Sequence record: DRR723986_833
Direction: 5' to 3' (one strand)
DNA: 64,000 bases
A program made the position numbers and the translations under genes. The notes beneath the pieces were generated by a model. It was not told the DNA's origin. It ran no database searches and saw only the letters and a list, made by a program, of their open reading frames with translations. This document shows positions 1 to 12,468 of this stretch, in pieces. The stretch's first letter is position 1; every line of letters starts with the position of its first letter.

Positions 1-309
1 ACAGAGTCTGCCGCTGAGCATATAAAGCGCCAGCTTGCTGGCAGAGGGCGCGGCCTGGGAATTCGCTTAGGTGTGCGCACGTCAGGCTGTTCCGGTATGG
101 CTTACGTGCTTGAGTTCGTCGATGAAGTGCAGGCGGAAGACAAAGTATTTGAGGCCTTTGGGGCGTCGGTGTTTATTGACCCCAAGAGCTTAGTCTACCT
201 CGATGGTACGGAGTTAGACTTCGTTAAAGAAGGGCTCAATGAGGGCCTGAAGTTTAATAATCCGAATGTGTCTGCAGAGTGCGGTTGCGGGGAAAGTTTT
301 ACCGTTTAA
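1..309 (+). CDS. iscA: Fe-S cluster assembly A-type carrier IscA (5' truncated by window edge)
   Basis: Frame open from base 1 ([12 protein letters not shown]...[13 protein letters not shown]); SGCSG and C-terminal CGCGESF motifs; upstream of hscB. Confidence 0.95.
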   Translation, partial: TESAAEHIKRQLAGRGRGLGIRLGVRTSGCSGMAYVLEFVDEVQAEDKVFEAFGASVFIDPKSLVYLDGTELDFVKEGLNEGLKFNNPNVSAECGCGESFTV

Positions 310-401
310 CAGGCTTGTCGGCATCTGCTGGCGCGTTTCGGTTTATGCCGATCGCGCCTTTTGCGTATTTGGGGCGGCGTTTTTTCGCCATGGGGTGAAT
401 C

Positions 402-938
402 GTGAGTGAGGGCTCTCAACTGGATTTCTTTACTTTGCTTGGGTTGGAAAAGTCGTACGACATTGACCAGACCGCGTTGACGGCAAGCTATCGGCAGTTG
501 CAGCGCAGTGTTCACCCAGACCGTTTTGCCGGTGGTGACGAGCGCCAGCGCTTGTTGGCTGTGCAGAAGTCGGCGCAAATCAACGAAGCTTACGAAACAC
601 TTCGCTCGGCAACCCGGCGGGCGGCCTATATGCTCAAACTCGCGGGGCATGCCGTCGACACCAGTGCCACCACCTTCCAGAACCCTGAGTTTCTAATGCA
701 GCAAATGCAGCTTCGAGAGGAGTTGTCGGACTTGCATGACGCGGAAGACCCTGAGCAGGCGCTCGATCGTTTTTATGCCGATGTGGATAATGCCTTGAGG
801 TCTCAACGGCAAGAATTTCAAGGCTTCTATGAGCTTGGTGACTACGACGCAGCAAAGTCGAGTTATGCCAAGCTGCAATTCTTAGAAAAGCTGCGCTACG
901 AAGCGGAACAAAAAGAAGGCGAGTTGCTGGATTTTTAG
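402..938 (+). CDS. hscB: Fe-S co-chaperone HscB
   Basis: J-domain with HPD motif, FLMQQM motif, isc synteny. Confidence 0.95.
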   Translation: MSEGSQLDFFTLLGLEKSYDIDQTALTASYRQLQRSVHPDRFAGGDERQRLLAVQKSAQINEAYETLRSATRRAAYMLKLAGHAVDTSATTFQNPEFLMQQMQLREELSDLHDAEDPEQALDRFYADVDNALRSQRQEFQGFYELGDYDAAKSSYAKLQFLEKLRYEAEQKEGELLDF

Positions 939-969
939 TTCCTTTCACCGCAGCAAATGGAAAGACAAT

Positions 970-2820
970 ATGGCGTTAATGCAAATCTCTGAGCCGGGGC
1001 AGAGCCCCGAGCCCCACCAACGCAAACTTGCAGTGGGTATCGATTTGGGGACGACGAATTCCCTTGTTGCTACCTTCCGAAACGGCAGCCTGCAAGTGTT
1101 GGCTGACGAGCAAGGGCGTGCACTGCTGCCCTCCGTGGTTCACTACGCGGACAGCGGCAGTGTGATTGTGGGGGACGAGGCGCAGTCGTTTGCGGCAGAA
1201 GATCCCAGCAATACCCTGGCGTCAGTGAAGCGTTTAATGGGGCGTAGTTATGCCGACGTCAGTGCCACCGAACAGTTGTCAACGTATGAGTTGATCGATA
1301 CTGAGGGAATGGTGAGCTTGAACACGCGCGCGGGAGTGCGCTCGCCTGTGCAAGTGTCTGCAGAAATCCTTCGCGCGCTGGCTGAGCGCGCTCAGCAGAG
1401 TTTAGGTGGTGAGCTTCAGGGGGCTGTGATCACGGTGCCTGCGTATTTTGATGACGGTCAGCGCCAAGCAACCAAAGATGCGGCCAGGTTGGCCGGGCTG
1501 AATGTGCTGCGCCTGCTTAACGAACCCACTGCGGCCGCTGTTGCCTACGGCCTGGATGAAAAAGAAGAGGGCGCCATTGCCGTTTTCGATCTGGGTGGTG
1601 GCACCTTCGATATTTCTGTGTTGCAGATGAGTAAAGGCGTCTTTGAAGTGCTTTCCACGGGGGGCGATTCTGCTTTGGGCGGTGACGACTTTGACCAAGT
1701 TATTGCTGCCTGGGCAATGGAGCAGACCGGCGAGTCGAACCTTGATGCGCGCCAGCGCCGCCAATTACTCGATGCCTGCCGCGCCGCCAAAGAATGCTTG
1801 ACCAGCGCAGAGACGGCAGAGCTGCGTGTTGCTGAGCAGACGCTGTCCTTAGCGCGAGAGCAATTCAATGCGCTGGTGGACCCCTTAATTGACCGCGCGA
1901 TTCGTGCCTGCAAGCGAGCCTTGCGTGATGCCAAGCTAAGCAGTGACGATATTCTTAACGTGGTGATGGTCGGCGGCTCGACGCGGGTACCGCGTGTGCG
2001 CGAACGTGTCGCCCAGTGGTTTGGCCGTGAGCCGTTGGTCGACCTTGATCCGGACAAAGTGGTGGCGCTGGGAGCGGCCTCGCAGGCGGACCAGTTGGTG
2101 GGTAATCGCAGCGGAGACGAAACCCTGCTACTCGATGTCATTCCCCTGTCTTTGGGTATTGAAACCATGGGTGGCTTGACCGAAAAGGTGATTCATCGCA
2201 ACACCACTATCCCGGTGGCGATGGCCCAGGAATTTACCACCTTCAAGGATGGTCAAACGGCCATGGCGATTCACGTGGTGCAGGGCGAGAGAGAGCTGGT
2301 CGACGACTGCCGATCACTGGCGCGCTTCGAGCTTGGCGGTATTCCGCCGATGGTAGCCGGGGCTGCACGGATACTGGTGACTTTCCAGGTTGATGCCGAT
2401 GGTTTGTTGCAAGTATCGGCCCGAGAAGAAACCACCGGCGTGGAGAGTCAGATTCAAGTTAAGCCCTCTTACGGGCTAAGCGACACCGATATCGCCGATA
2501 TGCTGACGGCGTCGTTCGATGCCGCTGGCGAAGACAAAGAAGCGCGCGCGCTTCGCGAGCAGCAGGTTGAAGCAGAGGCGCTGTTGCAGTCGCTATCTGC
2601 GGCATTGCTCGCCGACGGCGAGGCTTTGCTCAGTGAAGAAGAGCAGCGCGAGCTGCTGGCCAAGATGGAGCAGCTCCACAATGAAAAAGCCAGTGGCACT
2701 GCGGCGAGTATCGCCCGCCAAATAGAAATTGTAGGCGCTGCGAGTGAAACCTTCGCCGAGCGCCGCATGGACGCGAGTATCAAAAAAGCCCTCGCCGGAC
2801 GGCGAGTAGACGAACTGTAA
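970..2820 (+). CDS. hscA: Fe-S chaperone HscA (Hsp70 family)
   Basis: [10 protein letters not shown] start, GIDLGTTNS and DLGGGTFD Hsp70 motifs, isc synteny. Confidence 0.97.
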   Translation: MALMQISEPGQSPEPHQRKLAVGIDLGTTNSLVATFRNGSLQVLADEQGRALLPSVVHYADSGSVIVGDEAQSFAAEDPSNTLASVKRLMGRSYADVSATEQLSTYELIDTEGMVSLNTRAGVRSPVQVSAEILRALAERAQQSLGGELQGAVITVPAYFDDGQRQATKDAARLAGLNVLRLLNEPTAAAVAYGLDEKEEGAIAVFDLGGGTFDISVLQMSKGVFEVLSTGGDSALGGDDFDQVIAAWAMEQTGESNLDARQRRQLLDACRAAKECLTSAETAELRVAEQTLSLAREQFNALVDPLIDRAIRACKRALRDAKLSSDDILNVVMVGGSTRVPRVRERVAQWFGREPLVDLDPDKVVALGAASQADQLVGNRSGDETLLLDVIPLSLGIETMGGLTEKVIHRNTTIPVAMAQEFTTFKDGQTAMAIHVVQGERELVDDCRSLARFELGGIPPMVAGAARILVTFQVDADGLLQVSAREETTGVESQIQVKPSYGLSDTDIADMLTASFDAAGEDKEARALREQQVEAEALLQSLSAALLADGEALLSEEEQRELLAKMEQLHNEKASGTAASIARQIEIVGAASETFAERRMDASIKKALAGRRVDEL

Positions 2821-2830
2821 GGAGCGCATC

Positions 2831-3169
2831 ATGCCGCGCATAGTTGTATTGCCAAACGAGACGCTTTGTCCAGAAGGTGAGGTGCTGGAAGTTGCCAGCG
2901 GCGAGACCATCTGCGACGCCATGCTAGCCAATGGTATCGAGATTGAACACGCCTGCGAGAAGTCCTGTGCCTGCACGACCTGCCACGTTGTCGTTCGCGA
3001 AGGGTTTGAGTCACTCGACGAAGCTGACGAGCTTGAAGAAGATATGCTGGATAAGGCCTGGGGGCTGGAGCCGGAATCCCGGCTCAGTTGCCAGGCAGTA
3101 GTAACGGATAAAGACCTCGTGGTCGAAATACCGCGTTACACCATCAATATGGTGTCTGAACGCCACTAG
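2831..3169 (+). CDS. fdx: ISC [2Fe-2S] ferredoxin
   Basis: HACEKSCACTTCH and SRLSCQ motifs. Confidence 0.97.
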   Translation: MPRIVVLPNETLCPEGEVLEVASGETICDAMLANGIEIEHACEKSCACTTCHVVVREGFESLDEADELEEDMLDKAWGLEPESRLSCQAVVTDKDLVVEIPRYTINMVSERH

Positions 3170-3197
3170 ACTTTCTGTGTCGCAAGGGGAGTAAACC

Positions 3198-3398
3198 ATG
3201 GGTATAAAATGGACGGATGTACTGGATATCGGCATTGAACTCGCCGAAAAACACCCTGATATCGACCCAACATACATTAACTTTGTGGATCTGCACCGCC
3301 TGGTTGTGGAGCTGGATGAGTTCGATGATGATCCTAAGCGCAGTGGCGAGAAAGTGCTGGAGGCGATTCAAGCGGCGTGGCTGGACGAGCGCGACTAG
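3198..3398 (+). CDS. iscX: Fe-S assembly protein IscX
   Basis: KWTD..DI, F.DL, EK.LEAIQ.AW pattern; position after fdx. Confidence 0.93.
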   Translation: MGIKWTDVLDIGIELAEKHPDIDPTYINFVDLHRLVVELDEFDDDPKRSGEKVLEAIQAAWLDERD

Positions 3399-3460
3399 CC
3401 CTCGGTAATTGTGCCTGAGCCCAGCGCAGCGAGTGCGTACCTATTTGGGGCGAATACGCG

Positions 3461-3466
3461 TATAAT
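3461..3466 (+). promoter_or_regulatory. Candidate sigma70 -10 element for the ndk-rlmN operon
   Basis: Perfect TATAAT about 60 bp upstream of the ndk ATG; no strong -35 identified. Confidence 0.4.
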
Positions 3467-3524
3467 TCCGTCGATTTTTCGGGGGCTTGCCCCAATTTTT
3501 GAACTTTAAGCTGGAGATACTCAA

Positions 3525-3953
3525 ATGGGCGTTGAACGCACCCTTTCCATTGTAAAACCCGATGCAGTTGCCAAAAACGTTGTCGGTGAGATTTACAGCC
3601 GCTTCGAAAAAGCGGGCCTGCAAATCATCGCGGCAAAAATGCTGCGCTTGAGCCGCGAGCAAGCCGAAGGCTTCTACGCTGAGCACAAAGGGCGTCCATT
3701 CTTTCCCGCTCTGGTTGACTTCATGACCTCTGGTCCTGTCACTGTGCAGGTGCTTGAAGGTGAAGGCGCAATTTTGAAAAACCGCGAGCTGATGGGTGCG
3801 ACTAACCCGAAGGAAGCGGAAGCAGGCACCATTCGCGCGGATTTCGCCGAGTCTATCGATGCCAATGCAGTACACGGTTCTGACTCTGAGCAGTCTGCTG
3901 CGCGTGAAATTGCCTACTTCTTCGCCACTAGCGAGCTCTGCGAGCGCGCATAA
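3525..3953 (+). CDS. ndk: Nucleoside diphosphate kinase
   Basis: [12 protein letters not shown] start and NAVHGSD catalytic His motif. Confidence 0.98.
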   Translation: MGVERTLSIVKPDAVAKNVVGEIYSRFEKAGLQIIAAKMLRLSREQAEGFYAEHKGRPFFPALVDFMTSGPVTVQVLEGEGAILKNRELMGATNPKEAEAGTIRADFAESIDANAVHGSDSEQSAAREIAYFFATSELCERA

Positions 3954-3965
3954 GAGGGGTGGGGC

Positions 3966-5114
3966 ATGGAAGTGCAAGAGGCAGTCACTCAACACACTGA
4001 GCGGGTAAACCTGCTTGGAATGACGCGCTCAAAAATGGAGGCTTGGTTGGTCTCCATTGGCGAGAAGCCCTTCCGTGCCCAGCAAATCCTGAAGTGGATT
4101 CACCACTCCGGTGTTGACGATTTCGAGCAAATGAGCAACCTCGGTAAGGCGCTGCGTGCCAAGCTGGGTGAGCTTGCCGAGATTCGTCCGCCAAAAGTGG
4201 TGCGCCAGCTCGACTCCAAAGACGGCACGCGAAAGTGGGCGATTGAAGTCGGCGGCAATAATTTAGTTGAAACGGTGTTTATTCCCGACGGCCAACGCGG
4301 CACGTTGTGCGTGTCATCTCAGGTCGGCTGCAGTCTCGATTGCAGTTTTTGTTCAACGGGTAAACAGGGTTTCCAGCGGGATCTCACCGCCTCAGAGATC
4401 CTCGGCCAGGTGTGGCTAGCAATCAAATCCTACGATGCCTTTGGCCCCGGTAAGAATCGCGTCGTCACCAATGTAGTGATGATGGGCATGGGTGAGCCCC
4501 TGCTGAATTTTGAGAATGTGGTGGATGCCACCAACCTGATGATGGACGACTTTGGTTACGGTTTGTCCAAGCGCCGGGTTACGCTCAGCACATCGGGTGT
4601 GGTGCCGATGCTGGATAAGCTGGGCGACGTATCAGAGGTGTCACTGGCGGTGTCACTTCACGCCCCTAATGACGCGCTCCGCAATGAGTTGGTGCCCATC
4701 AACCGCCGCTATCCTATTGCAGAATTGTTGGCGGCATGTCGTCGTTACCTCGATAAGCAGCCCGACAAACATCGTGTGGTCACCGTAGAGTACACCCTTA
4801 TTGCAGGGGTTAACGACAGCATGGATCAGGCAAGAGAGCTTGCTCAGGTCTTGCGTGATTTACCCTGTAAGGTCAATCTTATCCCCTTTAACCCTTTTTC
4901 TCTGTCAGACTATCAGCGGCCGTCGAAGTCGGCGGTATCGCGATTTTGGCAGGTGATGACCGACGCCGGTTACGTGACGACGGTGAGAACGACGCGTGGC
5001 GACGATATTGACGCCGCCTGCGGCCAGCTAGCCGGCCAGGTGCAAGACCGCACCCGTCGCGCAGAGCGTCATCGTCGAAAAGCGGAAGAAACACAAATCA
5101 TTCGGGTGATGTAA
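3966..5114 (+). CDS. rlmN: 23S rRNA/tRNA C2-methyltransferase RlmN (radical SAM)
   Basis: CSLDCSFC radical SAM motif, [15 protein letters not shown]. Confidence 0.97.
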   Translation: MEVQEAVTQHTERVNLLGMTRSKMEAWLVSIGEKPFRAQQILKWIHHSGVDDFEQMSNLGKALRAKLGELAEIRPPKVVRQLDSKDGTRKWAIEVGGNNLVETVFIPDGQRGTLCVSSQVGCSLDCSFCSTGKQGFQRDLTASEILGQVWLAIKSYDAFGPGKNRVVTNVVMMGMGEPLLNFENVVDATNLMMDDFGYGLSKRRVTLSTSGVVPMLDKLGDVSEVSLAVSLHAPNDALRNELVPINRRYPIAELLAACRRYLDKQPDKHRVVTVEYTLIAGVNDSMDQARELAQVLRDLPCKVNLIPFNPFSLSDYQRPSKSAVSRFWQVMTDAGYVTTVRTTRGDDIDAACGQLAGQVQDRTRRAERHRRKAEETQIIRVM

Positions 5115-5125
5115 AGGGGGCACAG

Positions 5126-5914
5126 GTGCCAGCAGGACCGAAAAAGTACCCATTAATCGTGAGCTGTGCGTTGGCAGCGTTACTGTCTGCGTGTGTAACG
5201 ACTCACAAGGGCGGCTTCGCCGAGAAAGCCGACGAGCAAAAAGCATACGAGACCTCACTCCAGCTCGCGAAAAGTTATATCGCCCAAGGTAATTGGGAGC
5301 AGGCAAAGCGCCACCTTCAGTACGTTGAAGAGAGCAACCCCCATAACGCCGAAACCATGGAAGCCCTCGCTCTGGTATACCAGAATACCGGAGAGTTGGA
5401 GATGGCTGAGAAGTATTACCGGCGCGCAGTGGCCGAAGCGCCTAAGTCGATGCGCATTCGAAACAATTTTGCGGCGTTTTTGTACCAGCAAGAGCAGTAT
5501 CGCGAGGCCGCTGAGAACCTTGAAATTGTTACCGCTGAACTACTTTACGAACGCCGTTTGGAAGCCTTTATCAACCTTGGGCGCTGCTACCTGAAGCTGG
5601 ATGAATTGCCCAAGGCTGAAGCCGCCTTTAAGCGTGCACTCCTGATGCAAAGCAGCAATGCGCAAGTTCTGCTGTCGATGGCTGAAGTGACCTATCGCCA
5701 GAATAAATACCCGGAGTCTCAGCGCTTTTACGATGCGTTTCGTGAGCAGGGCGTTCGCCCCTCAGCGGCATCGCTGTGGCTGGGGATTCGCCTGGCTCAG
5801 ATCTTTGACGACCGCGATGCCTATGCCAGCAATGTACTGGCGTTAAAAAATCTTTACCCTAAATCAGAAGAATATCTGCTGTATAAAGCCTCGCTAAACT
5901 CGGTGGGGCAGTAA
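5126..5914 (+). CDS. pilW: Type IV pilus biogenesis/stability TPR lipoprotein PilW/PilF
   Basis: Lipobox LSAC, TPR repeats (RNNFAAFL, AFINLGRCY), SLWLGIR; rlmN-pilW-rodZ synteny. Confidence 0.85.
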   Translation: MPAGPKKYPLIVSCALAALLSACVTTHKGGFAEKADEQKAYETSLQLAKSYIAQGNWEQAKRHLQYVEESNPHNAETMEALALVYQNTGELEMAEKYYRRAVAEAPKSMRIRNNFAAFLYQQEQYREAAENLEIVTAELLYERRLEAFINLGRCYLKLDELPKAEAAFKRALLMQSSNAQVLLSMAEVTYRQNKYPESQRFYDAFREQGVRPSAASLWLGIRLAQIFDDRDAYASNVLALKNLYPKSEEYLLYKASLNSVGQ

Positions 5915-5919
5915 GGGCT

Positions 5920-6696
5920 ATGGGCCAAGGTTCAAACGACAACTATACCGCGCCGCCCGGGTCCGTGTTGCTCGATGCACGGCTGAGCGCCGGCAAAAGC
6001 GTTGAAGAGGTGGCCGAGGCGCTTAACCTGTTGAAGACCCACGTTGAGGCGCTGGAGAGTAACGACTACTCCCGTTTTAACTCGCCAATGTTTGCCCGGG
6101 GATATATACGCAGCTACGCGCGTTATTTTGGGCTGGACGAAGCACCGCTGCTCAATGACTGCGAACGTATTTGTCGCCGCGATGAAGAGCAGGCCGCCAA
6201 AAAACGCCCCCAGGGACAAACGCGCGCGCCGGGTCAGGCGAAGTTACTATTTGCCCTGCTGGGAACGCTGCTGATTTGGGGGTTGAGTGTGCTGCTCTTC
6301 AACGGCCAAAAACAGCCGGAAATACAGCTCAGCTTGATTGAGGAGCGCTATGCGCCGCTGGTAGAGTTGCGCGCGAGGCCGTCGCTGGGTGAGTCGCTGC
6401 TACAACTTCCGGACAGCGGCACGGCCCCGCGAGTCCCACCCGAACTATTGCATGATGTCAGCATGACGCTGCTCGCCGACGAAACGGTCTGGGTGGAAGT
6501 GCGCGATGCCAACAACGCTATGCAGTTCAGCGGCAATATTGACGCTGGGCAAAAGCAGGAACTCGACCTCCAAGGGCCAGTGCAAATCGCCATAGCGTAT
6601 TGGCCGGCACTGGAAATTACCTACAACCAGCAGGCTGTTGACCTCAATGGCTTGGCAGAAAGCAACGCCGTGCGTGTGCAGATTGGTGAATTATGA
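5920..6696 (+). CDS. rodZ: Cell-shape protein RodZ (HTH, TM helix, periplasmic domain)
   Basis: [16 protein letters not shown] motif, one TM segment, WVEVRDA C-terminal domain. Confidence 0.85.
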   Translation: MGQGSNDNYTAPPGSVLLDARLSAGKSVEEVAEALNLLKTHVEALESNDYSRFNSPMFARGYIRSYARYFGLDEAPLLNDCERICRRDEEQAAKKRPQGQTRAPGQAKLLFALLGTLLIWGLSVLLFNGQKQPEIQLSLIEERYAPLVELRARPSLGESLLQLPDSGTAPRVPPELLHDVSMTLLADETVWVEVRDANNAMQFSGNIDAGQKQELDLQGPVQIAIAYWPALEITYNQQAVDLNGLAESNAVRVQIGEL

Positions 6697-7805
6697 AGAT
6701 GGAATCACCCATTAAACGCCGCAAGTCTCGCCAGATATTTATCGGCGATGTCGCTGTGGGCGGCGACGCACCGATTTCGGTGCAGAGTATGACGAATACC
6801 GACACCTGTGATGTCGACGCGACGGTGGCCCAAATTCGACGTCTGGAAGATGCCTGTGCAGATATCGTGCGGGTTTCGGTGCCGAGCATGGACGCCGCAG
6901 AAGCCTTTAAGAAAATCCGCGAGCAAGTCAATGTGCCGCTGGTGGCCGATATTCACTTCGATCACAAAATTGCCTTGAAGGTCGCGGAATACGGCGTGGA
7001 TTGTCTGCGCATCAACCCGGGCAATATCGGCAGGGAAGATCGCGTGCGCGCTGTTATCGACGCCGCAAAAGCACGCAATATACCCATTCGTATTGGCGTG
7101 AATGCCGGGTCGTTGGAAAAAGAGCTGCAGCGCAAGTATGGCGAGCCCACTCCCGAGGCATTGGTGGAGTCGGCGATGCGCCACATCGACATTCTCGATC
7201 GTCTCGACTTTCAAGACTACAAGCTGAGTGTGAAGGCCTCCGATGTCTTTATGGCGGTGGCGGCCTATCGGCAAATAGCCAGTCAAATTGAGCAGCCTCT
7301 GCACCTGGGTATTACCGAGGCCGGTGGCTTGCGCGGCGGTACCGTCAAGTCTGCCGTGGGCTTGGGTATGCTATTAATGGATGGCATCGGCGATACAATT
7401 CGAGTGTCTCTGGCTGCCGATCCGGTAGAGGAAGTAAAAGTTGGTTACGAAATCCTCAAGAGCCTGAAGCTGCGCACCAAGGGCATCAATTTCATCGCGT
7501 GTCCGAGTTGTTCCCGCCAAAACTTTGATGTTATTGGCACCATGAACGAACTTGAATCGCGCTTGGAAGATGTCACCACACCTCTCGATGTCGCCGTGAT
7601 CGGCTGTATTGTTAACGGCCCTGGTGAAGCGAAAGAAGCGGAAATTGGCCTGACTGGCGGTACGCCCAATAACCTGGTGTACGTTAACGGCCAGAAAGAT
7701 CACAAAGTGCAAAACCCCGAGTTGGTGGATCACCTTGAAAAACTGATCCGCGAAAAAGTGGCTCTCAAAGAACAACAAGACAAGGACCTGATCGCCCGCA
7801 GCTAA
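6693..7805 (+). CDS. ispG: HMBPP synthase IspG
   Basis: [38 protein letters not shown]. Confidence 0.98.
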   Translation: MKMESPIKRRKSRQIFIGDVAVGGDAPISVQSMTNTDTCDVDATVAQIRRLEDACADIVRVSVPSMDAAEAFKKIREQVNVPLVADIHFDHKIALKVAEYGVDCLRINPGNIGREDRVRAVIDAAKARNIPIRIGVNAGSLEKELQRKYGEPTPEALVESAMRHIDILDRLDFQDYKLSVKASDVFMAVAAYRQIASQIEQPLHLGITEAGGLRGGTVKSAVGLGMLLMDGIGDTIRVSLAADPVEEVKVGYEILKSLKLRTKGINFIACPSCSRQNFDVIGTMNELESRLEDVTTPLDVAVIGCIVNGPGEAKEAEIGLTGGTPNNLVYVNGQKDHKVQNPELVDHLEKLIREKVALKEQQDKDLIARS

Positions 7806-7835
7806 GCATCGGGTGCAGTGGTAATAGGTAAACAC

Positions 7836-9110
7836 TTGGCTAGAATTCAATCGATCCGCGGGATGAATGACATCCTCCCCGAGGACTCGCCGTTATGGCA
7901 GTACCTGGAGTCCACAGTGGCGACGCTGTTGGCGCGCTACGGCTACCGGGAAATTCGCTTCCCCATTTTGGAGCAAACCGAGCTGTTTAAGCGCTCTATT
8001 GGCGAGGTTACTGATATCGTCGAGAAGGAGATGTATACCTTCGAAGACCGCAACGGCGATAGTCTGACTTTGCGCCCGGAAGGCACCGCAAGCTGTGTGC
8101 GCGCCTGCGACCAAAATGGTTTGCTGCACAATCAAGTTCAGCGGCTGTGGTATGCCGGGCCGATGTTTCGTCACGAGCGCCCGCAGAAGGGGCGCTTGCG
8201 TCAATTTCATCAAATTGGTGTCGAAACCTTTGGCTTAAATGGCCCGGACATTGACGCCGAACTGATTTTGCTCAGCGCGCGTCTATGGCAGCAGTTGGGA
8301 ATCAGCGATGCCCTGACGCTGGAGTTAAACAGCATTGGCAACAGCGAGTCCCGCGGCCGCTATCGCCAGGCCTTGGTGGATTATCTCAGCCAGTATAAAG
8401 ACCAGTTAGACGCTGACAGCCAGCGTCGTTTGGACACCAACCCGATGCGGATTCTCGACAGTAAAGTGCCCGAAACTCAGGCTTTGCTGAGTGATGCGCC
8501 GTTATTGTCTGACTATTTAGACGATGCCTCCAAGGCACATTTCGACGGCCTTTGTGCGCGCTTGGACGCGGCTGGCCTGAGTTACACCCTGAACCCGAAA
8601 CTGGTAAGGGGGCTGGATTACTATGGCCTCACAGTGTTTGAATGGACGACGACGGCGCTGGGGGCTCAGGGAACGGTTTGCGCTGGCGGGCGCTACGATG
8701 GCCTGGTGCAACAATTGGGCGGCAAAGCGACCCCGGCGGTGGGCTTTGCAATGGGCTTGGAGCGGCTGTGTCTGCTGCTGGAAACCCTAGAGGCGCTGCC
8801 GGAATCAAAACCCCTTGCTGATGTCTATATCATCGCCAATGGCGAAGCCTGCGAAATTCGCGCTCTGAGCCTGGCGGAGTCTCTGCGAGACGCGCTGCCT
8901 GCGGTGAAGGTCGTGCTTAACTGTGGCGGTGGCAGCTTTAAAAGCCAGTTTAAGAAAGCGGATAAAAGTGGCGCCGCCGTGGCCGTTGTTCTCGGTGAAG
9001 ACGAGCTGGCCAACGAGCAGGTAACGGTCAAGGTCTTGCGTGGTGAACCGAACCAGCAACAATTGGCTATCAGCGATCTGGCTGAACATATTAAAACAAC
9101 GCTGTTGTAA
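7836..9110 (+). CDS. hisS: Histidine--tRNA ligase (start TTG 7836 or GTG 7818)
   Basis: [37 protein letters not shown]. Confidence 0.97.
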   Translation: MARIQSIRGMNDILPEDSPLWQYLESTVATLLARYGYREIRFPILEQTELFKRSIGEVTDIVEKEMYTFEDRNGDSLTLRPEGTASCVRACDQNGLLHNQVQRLWYAGPMFRHERPQKGRLRQFHQIGVETFGLNGPDIDAELILLSARLWQQLGISDALTLELNSIGNSESRGRYRQALVDYLSQYKDQLDADSQRRLDTNPMRILDSKVPETQALLSDAPLLSDYLDDASKAHFDGLCARLDAAGLSYTLNPKLVRGLDYYGLTVFEWTTTALGAQGTVCAGGRYDGLVQQLGGKATPAVGFAMGLERLCLLLETLEALPESKPLADVYIIANGEACEIRALSLAESLRDALPAVKVVLNCGGGSFKSQFKKADKSGAAVAVVLGEDELANEQVTVKVLRGEPNQQQLAISDLAEHIKTTLL

Positions 9111-9135
9111 GACAGCTGAAGGCTTGAGGAAGAAC

Positions 9136-9822
9136 GTGGAAACCTACCGTACAGAAGAAGAACAAGTAGAAGCTATCAAGCATTGGTGGCGCGAAAACGG
9201 CAAGTCTACCGTGCTGGGCGTGGCGATTGCGCTGAGCTTGGTATTCGGCTGGCGTGGCTGGAATAACTATCAGGCTGACCGCGCTGCTGAGGCCTCGGTA
9301 CTCTATGAGAATCTGCTGCAGGCCGACGCCGCCGTGCAAAGTAACGGCAGCAAGCGCGAAACCGCTGAGCACTTGGCGAATACGCTAAAAGACGGGTTTT
9401 CAGGCCATAGCTATGCCCAATACGCGGCGCTTATCCAGGCGAAATATGCTGTCAATGACGGCGATTACGACGCTGCAGAAGCTGAGCTGAACTGGGTGTT
9501 GGCGCAGGGGCCAGATGCGGCGATAAAGGCGCAAACGCAGTTGCGCTTGGCTCGCGTGCAATTTGCCAAGGGCGAACTCGATGCCGCGCTGGCGATTGCT
9601 GAGGGGCTGAAAGACGGCAGTGCTGCTGTACAGGCTCTGGAATTGCAGGGCGACGTGATGCGTGCGCAGGGCGACAAGGCTGCAGCGCTTGAGGCCTACC
9701 GCCAAGCTGACGCTATCAATCGTCAACAGGAAAATCCGCTGAATAATCCGCTGTTAAAAATGAAAATTAACAGCCTGGCCGCCGAACAAGGCGCTGACAA
9801 AAATACCACGGCTCAAAACTAG
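9136..9822 (+). CDS. yfgM: Ancillary SecYEG subunit YfgM (TPR)
   Basis: TEEEQVEAIK.WW.ENG N-terminus, TM, TPR; GTG start after GAGGA. Confidence 0.9.
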   Translation: METYRTEEEQVEAIKHWWRENGKSTVLGVAIALSLVFGWRGWNNYQADRAAEASVLYENLLQADAAVQSNGSKRETAEHLANTLKDGFSGHSYAQYAALIQAKYAVNDGDYDAAEAELNWVLAQGPDAAIKAQTQLRLARVQFAKGELDAALAIAEGLKDGSAAVQALELQGDVMRAQGDKAAALEAYRQADAINRQQENPLNNPLLKMKINSLAAEQGADKNTTAQN

Positions 9823-9824
9823 GA

Positions 9825-10982
9825 ATGGCTATGTCACTGTTGCGCCCACTCGTATTTATTCTGCTAGGCAGTGTGCTGGCGGCCTGCTCCTCGACCCCGA
9901 AAAGCAGCGACCCCGCGCCGCTGACAAGCTTTGACGAGCAAAAACGACTCAAAAAGGTTTGGTCTTACTCTCTGGGAGATGGGCAAGGAGAGTCTTACTA
10001 CCGTATTGCACCGGCTATCGATGGCGATGAAATTTTCATTGCCTCGGCAGATGGTGGTGTCGCGGCCTTGAATAAAAAGACCGGCAAAAAACTCTGGAAG
10101 GAATACCACGAGCTGAACATCTCCGGTGGCGTGGGTGTTGCCTCGACGCAGTTATATGTGGGAACTGCCGACGGTGAAGTGGTCGCGTTGGATCGCCTCA
10201 GCGGCGACGAGCTGTGGCGCACGGCGGTCAGCGGTGAGGTACTTGGCGCACCGGCGGGCAATGGCAGTGTCGTTGTGGTGCAAACCTACAGTGGCTTGGT
10301 ACATGGCCTGAATGCCGAATCGGGAGAGCGCCTGTGGACTTATACCTCGCAGGTTCCTCGCCTTACCATGCGCGGCACCAGCAGCCCGTTGATTGTTCGC
10401 GGTGTTGCCCTGGTGGGCTTGGCCAATGGCCGTATTGTTGCCCTGGACGCCGATACTGGCACCGTGCGTTGGGAACAGCGCGTAGCGGTCGCTCAGGGCA
10501 GTACTGAAATTGATCGTCTGGTCGACGTCGACGGCCGCTTGCTGTTGATTGAAAACGAGCAAATAGTGGTCGTTAACGGATATCAGGGCAAAGTGATCGC
10601 CATTGATATTGCCAGCGGCCGACCGCTGTGGGCGAAAGACAATTCCAGCTACGTGGGCGCGGCCGAAGCACTCGGTAACATCTACGTGGTCGACGCCGAA
10701 GGCGGTGTTAGTGCGATTGCCGAAGGTGGCCAGAGCATTGTTTGGACGCAAACCGTATTGGCGCGTCGGCGCTTAACAGAGCCGGCGGCATTAAGCGGTG
10801 TTGTTGCGGTTGGCGATTTTGACGGCTACCTGCACCTGCTGGGCCAATTAGATGGCCAGCTTATCGGCCGCACGCGGGTAGATAGCGACGGCCTGCGAGC
10901 GCCCATGGCGGTGGATGGAAAGCTGCTTTATGTCTACGGCAACAGCGGTAAATTGGTAGCGTATAAAGTTACCGATCGATAG
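9825..10982 (+). CDS. bamB: Outer membrane assembly lipoprotein BamB
   Basis: Lipobox LAAC, PQQ-like beta-propeller repeats, EIDRLVDVD; yfgM-bamB-der synteny. Confidence 0.93.
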   Translation: MAMSLLRPLVFILLGSVLAACSSTPKSSDPAPLTSFDEQKRLKKVWSYSLGDGQGESYYRIAPAIDGDEIFIASADGGVAALNKKTGKKLWKEYHELNISGGVGVASTQLYVGTADGEVVALDRLSGDELWRTAVSGEVLGAPAGNGSVVVVQTYSGLVHGLNAESGERLWTYTSQVPRLTMRGTSSPLIVRGVALVGLANGRIVALDADTGTVRWEQRVAVAQGSTEIDRLVDVDGRLLLIENEQIVVVNGYQGKVIAIDIASGRPLWAKDNSSYVGAAEALGNIYVVDAEGGVSAIAEGGQSIVWTQTVLARRRLTEPAALSGVVAVGDFDGYLHLLGQLDGQLIGRTRVDSDGLRAPMAVDGKLLYVYGNSGKLVAYKVTDR

Positions 10983-11021
10983 TCGATTGGCTGACGCGGT
11001 GTATATTCAGGTAAGAGAAGT

Positions 11022-12437
11022 ATGGTTCCGGTAATCGCCTTAGTCGGCCGCCCCAATGTGGGCAAATCTACATTGTTTAATCGCTTAACCAAGAGCCGCG
11101 ATGCCTTGGTGGCGAACTTTCCCGGGCTGACCCGCGACCGCAAATACGGCGATGCCATTCTCGGCGATCGCCATTTCATCGTTATTGATACCGGCGGCAT
11201 CAACGGCGATGAAGAGGGCATTGATGAAGCGATGGCGCAGCAGTCATTGCAGGCCATTGATGAAGCGGATGCCGTGCTGCTGATGCTGGATTCGCGTGCC
11301 GGCTTGATGCCTGCTGACCAGGGGCTGGTCAACCACCTGCGTGGCTGCTCGAAGCCGGTATTTTTTGTTGCCAATAAAGTGGATGGCGCCGACCCAAATG
11401 TGGCCATGGCGGAGTTTTACCAAACCGGCGCCTCGACGATTTATCCTCTGACTGCGACGCACGGCAAGGGTGTGCGCAAGCTGATCGACGATGTTCTCGC
11501 CCTGTTTCCCGAGGCTGATGAAGCCGCCGAAAGAGAAAAAGCCACCGGTAAAAAAATAGCGGTAGTTGGCCGGCCAAATGTGGGTAAGTCCACCCTGGTT
11601 AACCGCATGCTCGGCGAAGATCGCGTTGTCGTCTACGATCAGCCGGGTACCACCCGCGACAGTGTGTACATCAATTATGAGCGCGATGGGGAACCCTATA
11701 CCCTGATCGATACCGCGGGCGTGCGCAAACGCCGTCACATTAACGAAGCGGTAGAAAAGTTTTCAATTGTTAAGACCCTCAAGGCCATCGATGACGCCAA
11801 TGTGGTGATTTTGGTGATGGACGGTCGCGAGAATATCGTCGATCAGGACCTTCACTTGTTGGGGCAAGTTGTCGATGCCGGACGCGCGGTGGTGGTCGCG
11901 ATCAACAAATGGGATGGCCTGACCACCGACCAGAAAAACCGTATCAAGACGGAGTTGGACCGCCGCCTGCAATTCATCGATTTTGCTGAAGTGCATTTCA
12001 TTTCTGCCCTGCATGGTACGGGGGTAGGGCATTTGTATGAGTCGATAGAAAAGGCCTACCGTTCTGCGACCCAAGACCTGCAAACCCGCCGTTTAACGAT
12101 GATCCTGGAAGGGGCGGTCTACGACCATGCACCGCCGATGATCAATGGTCGCAGAATCAAACTGCGCTATGCCCACCCCGGTGGACACAACCCGCCTATC
12201 GTGGTGATTCACGGCAATCAAACCAGCAAGGTGCCCAATAGCTATACGCGCTATCTGGAGAAAGTTTTCCGCCGCGAGCTGAATATGGTGGGCACGCCCA
12301 TCCGCATTGAGTACAAAACCTCCGACAACCCCTACGAGGGCAAGAAGAATCAGCTTAGCAAGCGCCAAATAGACCGCAAGCGACGCCTGGTCAGCTTTGT
12401 TAAGAAGAAAGAAAACAAGAAAAAACGCGGGCGTTAA
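11022..12437 (+). CDS. der: Ribosome biogenesis GTPase Der (EngA)
   Basis: Two [10 protein letters not shown]-domains plus C-terminal KH-like domain. Confidence 0.98.
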   Translation: MVPVIALVGRPNVGKSTLFNRLTKSRDALVANFPGLTRDRKYGDAILGDRHFIVIDTGGINGDEEGIDEAMAQQSLQAIDEADAVLLMLDSRAGLMPADQGLVNHLRGCSKPVFFVANKVDGADPNVAMAEFYQTGASTIYPLTATHGKGVRKLIDDVLALFPEADEAAEREKATGKKIAVVGRPNVGKSTLVNRMLGEDRVVVYDQPGTTRDSVYINYERDGEPYTLIDTAGVRKRRHINEAVEKFSIVKTLKAIDDANVVILVMDGRENIVDQDLHLLGQVVDAGRAVVVAINKWDGLTTDQKNRIKTELDRRLQFIDFAEVHFISALHGTGVGHLYESIEKAYRSATQDLQTRRLTMILEGAVYDHAPPMINGRRIKLRYAHPGGHNPPIVVIHGNQTSKVPNSYTRYLEKVFRRELNMVGTPIRIEYKTSDNPYEGKKNQLSKRQIDRKRRLVSFVKKKENKKKRGR

Positions 12438-12468
12438 CGCGCAATCGTCCGTGAAAAGCGTTGTGAAT

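Noticed and set aside
5126-5914. pilW as the partner locus of the PilB-like fusion
   Set aside because: It lies 24 kb away in its usual conserved rlmN-rodZ context, so proximity is uninformative
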